DNA of 64,000 bases, from assembly GCA_976226885.1 (NCBI GenBank), contig OZ320313.1, forward strand, positions 155,992,001 through 156,056,000, read 5' to 3'. The translations under genes and the position numbers were made by a program. This DNA is from Iphione sp. A-MEVVRFRX5. Lineage: Eukaryota. Positions 22,801 through 34,800 of this stretch are shown here, one piece after another (within the stretch, counting starts at the first letter, position 1; each line of letters starts with the position of its first letter). Below the pieces are notes generated by a model that made no database searches, was not told the DNA's origin, and saw nothing but the letters and a program-made list of their open reading frames with translations.

Positions 22801-25800
22801 TACGAATGCCTAGCCGTGACAGGAGAGAGAGGAAGCTGTTGTACATGAAAGAAAAGAAACGATTATCTGCTTGGAAAGGAGTTGTTCGTACCTTCCTTGC
22901 GGCTCTGGTAATTATGAGATGAAGTAAATGATAAGGATTCTTTACGTTCTCGAGACGAATAAAAACATTAAGGCGGTTTCTACTACGAGACTAATGACAT
23001 ATGCCGCTTACTACCAAAGCGCCAGGCAATTAAGATAATATAAATTTAGGTTCGATGAAGCGAGAAGATAAGGTTGAAGGAACTAAATACATATATACAA
23101 AATATACAAGTATATATACAGTGTATATATGCATGAACTTATATATACATGTATATTTCAACCCAAAGGACATAAGAAAAACGTGATGTTTGGATTATAC
23201 ACAAGTACCTCAGTTGATGCCTTTGAACCGGGTAACCAGCACCTCACTCTACCTTTTAACTAATCAGTCGTCCCAGTTAGGTGGTCTTTCCATGTACACC
23301 TATTCACGACGCTTCCAGATATGTAGGCACTATGTCTGCTGCCAGATGAGGCTGTTTGACATCCAGGTAAGCCCGTAATACCTACTGATGTGGAAACCTA
23401 TTATGTTCACACACCTGTATGCAGGAAAACCTAGTGACAGTGTCTTTCTCTGGCTTGTCCTGCACGTTGTGCCTATATATCTAAATGCATGGATACATGT
23501 ACATGGAGAGACTACCTTATTAGAATGTCGGTTGCAATGGCTGGCCGTTTTAATGGCTGACAACCCTAACCACTACAGGACATATTGACTGATCACCCTG
23601 GCCATTTAAACACTGCCATTTCTTACTTCGGCCATATTGACTGGCATTGCCTTATTAACGGGTGTGTGGTTAAAAAGATGCATTAAAGGTATACAACATA
23701 CTTTCATGTTCAGTGTATCACGGTATCATTCATGAGGAAATCCCGAATCTTAACATGCTGACTTTTAAAGATATTAATGGAATTTTACCCCCAAATTGGC
23801 AGAACCAGAAGTTATAACATGATGCATGAGATTTCAGTTACGTCCTTGTAAAAGGTAAATTGTGTTTCGGAAATACATAACACTCGACACTGATTGTAAT
23901 GCATGCATACCCAATGTTAACAGACAATGCCATAAGTCGTGGATATGACGTATGCTCTGTCAAGATGAGAAATCTATAGCCATAATTACCAACGCCCATA
24001 GATAAACTTTCCCCATAAATTACGCATTTGTATGCATGATACGTGCACATATCAGACCGATTTCCCAGAAAGACATGTTTATGGGCGTGTTAAAAGGCAT
24101 CCAAAGACGTTACCTGCGGGCACAAACCACGGACAGATACCTTCGCAGTACCTTAGACCTCCTCGACAAATTATAAACTTTGAAACAAGCTGACGTCACT
24201 AATGAGAGAGCAACTCCCAAAATGAAGACTGAAGTGCAAAGACCCCTTTGTGCTGTCAGCTGATAAAACCAGAACTATATCACGAGTTTTAAGTTACACG
24301 AAAACATAACACTTGTCAAATATTGATCAGTTGATGGCTGAATTAAAAATCATATAGATGATTAAAACCCATGCAGATGACCAGTAGCATCAACAAACCA
24401 GGACATCGCAGGTGATATATAGTCTCGTTTCCATGATGGCACGATATAACATATCTAAGATTTGTACAACCTTCTGTGACAGTGAATTTCCATTGGATAA
24501 TAAGGGCAATAAGGTCAGAAGGGAAACGTCTCATGGTTTCCCCCAACAGTTCATATGTTAAAGAACTTCGGGTGATGCACATTCTTCTCATGACGCTTGA
24601 CTGTATCTCGATATCATAGAACTTTGTGCTCTGTTGGATATTGCCAGTGTACATGTTTCTAATCAGAAATAGGACAGAGAGGGGCGAGGATGAGAAGAGA
24701 GTCTTCGGATGGGCAAGAATTTTGATCCCTGCCTTTTTGACTTAAAAGTACTGATATCTTCCTGTTTATTACATATAGAGAATAATATCATATAGCCATG
24801 TCTCCTTTATATTACTTAGCCTTAAAGTTAAAATACAGGTCAGGGAACCCTCAGTGAATTCACTTTGATCAGAACATTTCAGCTCCCAACAGAAGTTACC
24901 TCTATAATAACTAGCATACAAACCTGCCATTACAAATGTCAGGAACCCTATGATAGACCCCATTCCGATCATTCTGTGGGCTACAAGATTTCTAGCTAGG
25001 TGACCTTAATTAGGGTAAAGTGATGAAATATTTTTAATGCTCGGTATTTTTTGATAACAGGTAAACACAAATCCTTAATGTAAACATTCTTAATGCCAAA
25101 TAAATGCACAGCCATCTCTCTTTCTTCCTAAACGTATGAGGTAAATGTACACATAATTATATCACTGTACCTCAAGCGGTCAACATTGCATTCAGATTCA
25201 TTCAGGTTTCGTTGATGACCTCACCTGGTGAGGTTATGCTGTATTCCATTTATATAATTGCAAGACCATTCTAAAATAATAAATCACCAGTTGTTATACA
25301 TCTCTACCTTTCATGATACAGTCAACGACCGTTTGGTTGGCTTATCATATGGCTAATTGAGCTAATTATATCTCATCAAGCAACCTGCATTGAAGGTAGA
25401 TATACATAAAGATGCTGCGAAAACACACCTTATTGAAACTATACATGCATCAGGGGTATGTCCTCCCCACCGACCCCACCCCAAGGGTCCTTGACATAAT
25501 ATGTCTAAGACCCTAATCTGATTCCTTTGCTGTAATCTTGAAATGACGTTTATAACAATCGTAAAATGTTGTTGTAGCATGTGAAAAAAAAAATAACTCA
25601 ATCTGAGCAGATTAAGCTTTACCTTACCATGGCACGGTAATGCATGACCGAGCCAAGGTCGTACGGTACGTTCTTGTCCTCTATGAACTTCGCGAGTACC
25701 ATGGCGAAATTTCCTTCAGCTCCTGGTGAAATGTTTTCACTCCTGATCGAGATGTATTCATCCCTATCGATCCTCTGATGCTCGTGGAACAAGCCCAGAG

Positions 25801-28800
25801 AATGGCCAATCTCATGGGCGATGTACCCGGCCTGTTTGGGGAACAATATCACATACCATGCAGTCGAGGAAATCCTAAGCGGATCGTGCGATCTTATGAA
25901 GTATGTGTATGGACCAATGTTCTGTACCGTAAACATTTGAAACGCCATATTTACACTGTGCGTGCTTTCAGCGTATTGCGACGTGGAAAAGCAGGTTATG
26001 TCCCATAAACTGGCATTATGTTTAGATGTTGAAGTATACAAGTTATTAACAATCATCTTAAACTTAATCAACTGGAGCACGTGTTTTTATTACTTTAGCA
26101 ATAAAATGTAAATCACTACTAATTCTGAGCGAGACAAACCATACGTACAGAAGAAAAACAGGTGTAGGAGAGGTAGATGGGTTGAGGCACAATCGAAGAT
26201 CTACCAATAAATGAATAACATCTGAAATGAAAATCACATAACAGTTAGGCATTTTATTAAAGAACCGGTTCTTTGTCATGTTAACTGCTGAGAACTGGTT
26301 AGTTTCTTCCTACGATATCATTATTCGTAAATTATCCGAAAACAATGCCATAATAATACCATAGACTTAGTAAGGTCCACAATGATTTACAAATAATACT
26401 AAATCTATTCATCAGAATTCTTCGTCGCTGCAAATATAAGGCCTGTTATCCAGGAAACCATATCCAGGTCCAGAAATGCAGAACACTCCATGACAGTCTG
26501 TAAGGCGTGGAACGGGCTTTCTGGAATGCATCCTGGGTTTATGGGAAATGGGCCTGATAAAGCTGTATGGACTGGCAATTTGCCGTGAAGTCAATGATGT
26601 AGGGACATGGGACGTACCCCCATCCTGGAACTTTAGAGAAGAGTATGTGAGGGTTGGTAAGACGGCGATTCACGCCCACCTGGACGAACTCTAAACACGT
26701 GCCCTGCGTCCACATGTCTATGGCAGATTTGATCAAACGCGACTCGTGCTCACCTGAAAAAAAAACATGGGTAAGAATAAACTTTCACAAATGGAAATAA
26801 CGTTTCCTATTCAGAGTAATAGAGTTATGTTCAATCAAGATAAGCCTGAATGGCTTACATGGATAGCACAGGGATTTTCATATTTTCTGGTTATTTATAT
26901 ATATATATTTGATTTATTTTACAAAACATTTTCCAGACGAACTGCGCCCCTCCCATAATAACCAGTCTAGATTATAGGTCTAACTACTGGAACTGGTCTA
27001 AATATTGGAACTACCTCTAGCAATAAGTGTACATGTAGTTGGCAATTGTTGAAGATATTTCTGTGCGTAAAAGGCAGTTTGTAACATTTTTCTTATTCAT
27101 CCCTTCAAACATCTATCAGTAGATCTCAAAAACATTGCCTCTTTTACCGGAGAACGCTTTTAACTTTGTTTTATCACAGTTTTAGAAGAAGAGCCTTTTC
27201 TCCAAAGTGGCTCGTGAATACCGACACTTTGCCGCAGGGCCACTTCTGAATTTCTACACAAATGTTTAGGGGGGACTTACGCAGAGAGCCGTCAACCTTG
27301 TAGTAGATCTTGGTGTCCCACTTGGTGACCGGGAAGTCGGAGAAGCGGCGGATCTTGCGCTTGACTCGCCGTCGACTGCCGGTGGGACAGGTGTTGTTGA
27401 GCTGCTCACTGAGTGAGAGGATCTGGTTATCTTCTAGTATTTGGTCTTCTTCGATACAGCTCCAGTGATCGGTTGATGGTAGAGTTAACTGAAGTGTTTT
27501 ATGGGTATGCATTGTTAAATCATCAGCATAGTCTGCCCTGTCGACTACAATGTTAAAAATTGGTTTAATTTGGTAAAGTATCAGTATACAAACATTCTGT
27601 CAAGTCATCTACCGTGCGAGGTGGGCACAACGTAATGAACTACGCACTTTCAAGCTAACTATGATGCCTAAAGGGTATAACTTGATAAAGCATATACATA
27701 ATATGTTGAGTCAGCTGCAGGGGCATATATTGATGTGACCTAATAATGCTTTGACTCTATCTGTCAACACCCGAGTGGTTTTCTCTCACACGTACTTCAG
27801 ATCCGCCTTCCCCTTTATCCTGCAGACACACGTACTTCAGATCCGCCTTCCCCTTATCCTGCAGACCTGGTTTCCATGTTACTGTTGCATTTGCATTGTG
27901 TTGTGTTATTTTTAGCAGCAAGGGATAAACAATATTAGTGTTTTCTTATGTAGATTGCATTGGTGCATTGCATGTGCACTTTGTGAATGCCCGACTCTGG
28001 GTTATCCTTTATTGGTCCATGCCCAAAATTTCACACAATGCAAATGCAAATGCACGAGTTGCATATAGCAGATAGCATTTGTAGGAGGCAATAATATCAT
28101 TGAATCTATGTTAGATGAGTAAAAGAACGTGTGATTACCACACATTTCTACACATTGTCATCAGATTTGCCAGTTTTGGGATAGTTCTACATCAAATACT
28201 CCAGTTTTAGAGCGTTTCATGTTTTCACAGGTTTTAGAATGATTTTACATCAAAATTTGCCAGTTTTCGGATTTCTTTAAATCAAATTCACCAGTTCAAA
28301 CTTTTTTCCTTATTATTACATAATTTAACACAGGTTCATACACACTCTTATCTTTAACAATGCACTCGTGGTACACGTCCAAATGCAAACCAAAAGGAAT
28401 CCCTGTGCATGAGTATGCATGAACCGGCTGTAATCAGATTATCTCGATGCAATGTACTTGCTCGCTCGCACATGTTCATACATGTACAAGCAAGTATGGA
28501 ACCGAGGCGTTACCCTGTTACACTTGGTTATGCTCACCTCCACTTGTCTGACAGTGCGCCTTGCGTTGATGCACCTGGCGGCAGCCTGCCTCAGCATCTC
28601 GCAGCGTTTCTTGCGAGTTTCACAAGGTTGACAGGATTGACACTCCCTCCACTGCTCCACTGAACAGTTGTACATACTTTGTTCTTCTGCTGTGCTGTTT
28701 GCACTCAACATCATGCGGGGAGACCACACTATTCGTCTTTCTAGCAGGCCCTGTTTAAGAAAATGAACAGTCCAGTTGAGCTGTCAGCATTTGTTAAAGT

Positions 28801-31800
28801 GGCATGGACTGTAAACATTTAGAATTAGGATCAAAAGTTCATTAAGTATTCTTCGCATAAAAAAAAACATGTAAAGAAAGTTATAAAATAGGCTATTATA
28901 TTAGATCCACCTACGCTACCCCAGCGTACATCATTGGATGACACTTCCTGTTAAAACTAGAAGATCGCTGTCTCTGCTAGAGTCCGTCAAAGAGCATAGA
29001 TTAATAACGTTATTTGCTGTCGTTGCAGGTGTCTGTCTTTGTGAGATTTTACGTTCCTGATATTTTGGACTTCACATGTTGCAGAGGGTATGTCACACTA
29101 TATTCAAAATACATGAAGAGCGTGTACTTTGGAGAGCTTCTCCCCCTTAAAGTTAACTTTATGTATGTTCTTCTTCTAGTCTTTCGCTAAAAAGCAACAA
29201 ATCAGATAAACAACTACATGTAATACCATCCAACAACAACGATTAAGTATATCGTACTGCATAAAACAATAAACTATCATTCATTCAAATGCGTTAACAG
29301 GGTGATCTTCGTGTATGCAATGTGTATATATAAGGACATGGCCTTAAAGGGATCCAGGCTCGTAAGTTCGCTTCAGAAGGTTCATGTAGTGGTACATCTG
29401 TAGGGCGACGATCGTTGTAGGAGGTTCTTAGTGTCATCCAGCATGAGGAAAATGATTGTCCTCTTAGTTTTCCGACATGTTTGTTTCATTGCCTCTACGT
29501 TTCCGTAATAATGCAGCAACTCATACTCAGATCGGAAAGCTGTATATATTGGCATGTCTCTGGGATGGTAGTTAGTCTATAGGCGCCAGGGTGAAGGGTT
29601 CCTGCTCCCATGCTACAGTCAAGTGGAGTTTCGGAGCCACAGGGGGAGGGGGTGAGACGTTCTGGTTGGGAGCAGACCTGGAACAGTGCCCAACCGTTGG
29701 TAGACCCATCCCTCCTGGATGGCTGGACACACACGACAGGATGCCACTGTTTCCGTCCACATCAAAAAGCAGGGTAATATAAAGGGAAAGATCTTTGGCA
29801 ACGCGTTAGATGCATCTATAGTGGTTGATATGGAGGGTACATACTTGCAAACCGATATAACCATATCTATGTATCCAAGAATATTTTTTCCCTTTTTAAA
29901 ATATATTCCAGCTTGCACAGCTGCAATGCCAATGTCTCTGTGAACGGTGCATCCTGCACAAGATGATTTCAACGACACAGTATTAAATAATGCAGTACAA
30001 AACGATTCTCGCCGATGGGGACATTTAAGTATGAGGGAAATCCAGTCAAGAGGACCCCTTAACCTAGGCTCAGCATTGTATGATATAGAGGAAGGAAGGG
30101 CTCTCGCAGGCAGGCAACTCTCCAATAAGGTCATGGTTGGCTATTCCCTAGAATAGTTCCATTCAAGAATTGCCTTAAGAGAAAAAATTTTCTATTTTCA
30201 TTCAAGGTAATACGAAGCCTCTATTTTGGCAGTGTTTTAATTGCCAAGTACATTCATGTACTTACAGTTGCTTCTGAGTACCCTTCGTGCATGTTCTACT
30301 TTCTACAACAAGTCCCTTCACTAGTTAATTACACTGTATGCGAGGATTTAATGAGGCGAGGTTCATTGTATTCAAGTACGACCGTGGTCACTGTTTTACG
30401 CATCAGTGAATCGCCATTGCAATGCTTCGGGAAGAAAAACAAAAGATGACTACAAGATAACCACAGGACATCCTGATACAACACAAGCGTAGGCCTCCGG
30501 TCTGAGGACTATTTGCAAAGAAATCTGGGTTTCTTTCCCTCATGGGCTTACGTGACTGTTCTTTCAGATACTTAAAGTAAACGAGACTTGTAAACGAATG
30601 GCTGGCAATAACAATGCAATCATTTGAAGCGATAACAGTAAAATATGGTTTGTATCAGAGGCGAAACAGTAATAGACCTGTAAAGGTCAATGTGACAACC
30701 TAGATATGAATTCAGGCAGAAAGTCGGTCGTTTGGTGATAATACCTCCAAATTAGACAAGTGCTATTACACCCTCCCTGTATGTGTTCAGGTAGCCTTGT
30801 AGGGGTGCATGTCTCTAGATTCTGACGCATTCACAGGCTTGAATGACTCTGAACGTGACTCAAAGAGTGTGAAGAACTCCAGTCTGGAAGAATACTGCAG
30901 TAGTGCCTTCGGGTTTAAAGCTGACAGCGTAAAAGGGATTGGGACTTTGGTGAAAGGTATCCTGGTGGCTCTGGTGGTATCAGGTTGTCACAAAGGACCT
31001 ATAGGACGTTTGCAGCATCACCTCATGAATGATGCCATCTCGCGACGGTTTGGGCCAAAGGGCCCCCCATGTAGTTAAGGGTAATTTTATATGTCTTGCA
31101 CTGACGTAAAATATAATGCCAAGCCATTTTGGGATAGGGCAGGGCCAGGAGTCCTGAGCAGGGAAAGGTTGGTTTAACCCAGAACCATACACAGGTAGCA
31201 CCCATGTTGCAATTGTTCACGAGTAGTTGAGATGAAGAATTTCGAAATATGATGCATATCTGTTTGTATATAAACCAGGGGAGATATAATAATTAGGACC
31301 TGTCCAAAAGTTTAGATTATATTTCTATTTGTTATGTTGTTGCGGTAATTTATCTTGATCTTTTTGTACTTGCATTACCTGAAAAGCCAGAAAATGGGAC
31401 CAGCTGAGATATCCTTCTAAGCATTATAAACCCCATAAAAAAACTTAGAGAAACCTACTCAAGCTCGGCATCATTAGGCAGGTCTATTCAGTAACAGGAA
31501 AAATTGGAGACCCCTACTAGTTCGGATACTATGGAAACGGAGATGGTCCCTGCAGCTTCATTACTTCAGTTGGCATACGTAGGATGCCGCATAGAACATG
31601 TTTTGTGGGCTGGAAAGGTCCCTTAGGAAAGAAGATGTAAACTTGTGAGCATTTCTGTTAAATGGCCACAAAAAAGAGTCAGAAAGATGAAATTTCCAGT
31701 AGTAAGGACAAGCAATGGAGAAACGACAAATACACTGCGAAAGTATAAGGTGGGAAACCTCGAATGACAGGTAGAGTACAGTGGGAGACCTGGAATGAAC

Positions 31801-34800
31801 AGATGTGTGAGATATTCCAAGTGAAAAATTGGAGAAAGCATTTAACTCATATGCATTGGAATAAACATAGTTCTCATTCCCAGATATCCTTGGCAATGAT
31901 TTGAAAGCCCAGCGGGGTGGCACATGTCGTAAAGGTTCACCTGGGGAAGGAGTTCTGTCCAGGAGGGGGTGTAGGATTAAACATCAAAGGGTAGTGCACC
32001 AAGTGCCCTCCAACCGCTCCGTCTCTACCTCTCCTACATGGACCTTCCCCCTTTCCCATGTGTGTAACTTGCCATCACCAACAGACATTGTCCCATTGGC
32101 AGAAAGAAATGGGGACAACCAGGCCATAACCGGGTCAGTAGTTCCAGGTAATCTTCCTTTTTCGCCACCAGTTGCCCGGCCCGCTCACTATAGCAGCTGA
32201 TAGTGTCTCCTTTACAATACTCTCAGGCACCGGAGGCTTGCTCTCTCATTCAACTCACCAAGCTTCCTCAACTTCCCTCTTTCTCCTTTTCATCCTTCCA
32301 CCCCCTTGCCTTGAAAGGTCCACAGCCATTGACAAGAGGCGTCATGGTCTGCTTCAAAAGACAAGCATCTCACGGCATCGGCGAGACGTAACTAGTTGAT
32401 AACTTCCGGCCAATAATTGTGCTCGCTGGGGCCAACCCGTTCGTTATTGGAGACCTCACGATGGGCAAGGATGCCTACAGTAAGGATAGGATGCTCATCA
32501 AACCTTTGCCATTGATGTACCTGGGACATGTGTCCTGAGCAAACAGCATCAGATCGATTGTTTACTCGCATTGTTAAGGCCTTTGAGAGGCGGCCTCCTC
32601 GCTTGAGAGGAGGAGGGTACCTTCTCATCTCATGCTTCTTACCTCGAAGCTTTTAGATGAAGGACCTGTATGGAGTGGATATACATGTATACCATAGGCA
32701 TAGTCTCTACGCCATACATATGGTAAAGCATTGGCCCACACAACACACTCTACCTGATATATGCATCATCTCTATCAGACTTCGTTATTGCCACTGCCTT
32801 TTGCCTCCTTCACGTCCATCAATGCCTCCATCACATCAGTGTCCGCACAAATATTCCTTTACTCAACACAACTATTTCCCACCGCCCAAACCAGCGCTCT
32901 CACCATTACATCGGGCGATACATTGGTTATACTTAATGTTTAAACAGAAACTCAACTTCTGTCACTTCGCTGTCTTTTACTCCTAGGCTTGCTACAGCTA
33001 CCCCTCTGACTTCACGTCAGATCAAAAACAGGCTAGCCCTTGATGCTGTTGTCCTACATAATGTTGAAAATGTTCAAATGCAGTGGTGCACATAATCAAG
33101 TCTTTAATCTGCCCATCTATTTTCTTAACTTGTTTGGTTATGGAAGGTTCTATTGAGATGCACCTTTAACAGCAATACCGAAATAATTAGATTTAGCAAG
33201 GTTAGCAGACCTTTTCATCAGTTAAAATGCTGTGGCACCCCTGGCAGTCAGCGGTACTACCCTACAACCGCAGATCCAATATTGGAACTGACACTGCTGA
33301 TAGCTTCAGGGCGAAAATGATTCAAAATGCCAGAGGGGGTAGGATCATCAGATTCATTACAACTGTCTTTACAGTGTTGGATATCTTTCCTTTGCAATGC
33401 CTGTAATTGTTTTGCCTTTAGAAGTGAAACGGCGGGCAGCAGGAAGGAACAGAGGACACCGGAGTGAGCTGCGAACGTTTGGCTCGCTGCCCAAAGTCCT
33501 GGCTCGGCGCCATAGCTGGGATCAGACACCTTTTGGAGTCAGACCCCGCGGAGACATCCCTTGCCCTACCGCTCCCCGCCTATCTACCTTCAGGCCAGGA
33601 AGAAGGAAAGCAAAAGGAGGAGGGGGAGGGGTATGAGGAGGTCCACGACACCTGCTTAGCTAACTCTACAAATTCTCTGTTCATTCCGGTTTGATTACCT
33701 TTCTAAAATGTCCTCCTGAAAGGCTAGTTCCCAAAGGCTATTCACTGCCCCTTTAACATGAAAATCATGATGATATATTGCAGTTGGTGGTCACTGCTGT
33801 GGCCGATTCGATTGTGCCGTTAACGTAATGCTCTGGTTGTTGCGGTAACTATACATTGTCCTCTTCTGTATACGTCAAGCAGCTGCCAACAATAGGGGAA
33901 GATGCAGTCTTTTTCTAGCTACACTCGGTGACCATAACGAAATCCAACGTTTGGAACTACATAAACATGTATTACAGAGTCTCTAACTCCTCCCAGCAAA
34001 ACATGCCGTTTCTACTACTCTATACAGGTAAAGTATCTCCAAACCAATACATGGTGTGCTGGCGTTGAATAAAAAGGGTTAACACAGGAAGCTCGTTTAG
34101 GCAACCTGTTCTGATATAATTGGTGCTCTGAAGAGCTGATTGGGAAGCGAGACGTATAAAACCAAAACAATCTTAAACAATGCCAACCTCACATGGCTTC
34201 ATCGTTGCCCAGACAATGTTTTCAGGATGTCAGCATAGTCATCTATCTCTAAGCCGTTATTATAATATATTCTAGCTAGCTAGCTAGCGAAGCAGAGATC
34301 GTAACAGAGAGGATAAACATTGTAGACTCCATGTGTTCCTTCACAAAGCTCACTGGAAGGGTAACGATGAGAAAGTAGTACTTCAGAAGGAATACTGAAG
34401 TCTTTATCGTCCCTGGAGACTTGCACATTAATGTAAAGGAAGCACGGTTCATATGCGCATGTTACTCATGTGTATCCTGGGTACATGAGCGTGGGAAGTA
34501 ATGCTAGCTTCTTAGTTTATATAGCATAATTACAATGTATATTAACATTTCAAAAAATGATATAGCAGTATACACTCGCCCGCATGAGGAACGAGTGTAA
34601 GGGATGGTTTGGAACACAGCATTTAAAAGCATTAAGAGGACTACAGATGTGCTCCACATAATATGACTGCTTTATACGCTGGTGATATAGGCCTTGCTCT
34701 CCATAGGGAAGGTACATTGCAAACGAACTCTCACAATGATATTCATGATGCGAATAAAAAAAACGAGTCAGTCTTATGATGTTACATTAAATACACTAGG

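Noticed and set aside
26412-26594. ORF between astacin exons 4 and 5 with an acceptor-like site
   Set aside because: The required phase hits a stop; the real GCYSFIG exon is at 26149-26221.
27787-28300. Short direct repeats as a CRISPR-like array
   Set aside because: Adjacent tandem copies without unique spacers, in a eukaryotic intron, with no cas genes.
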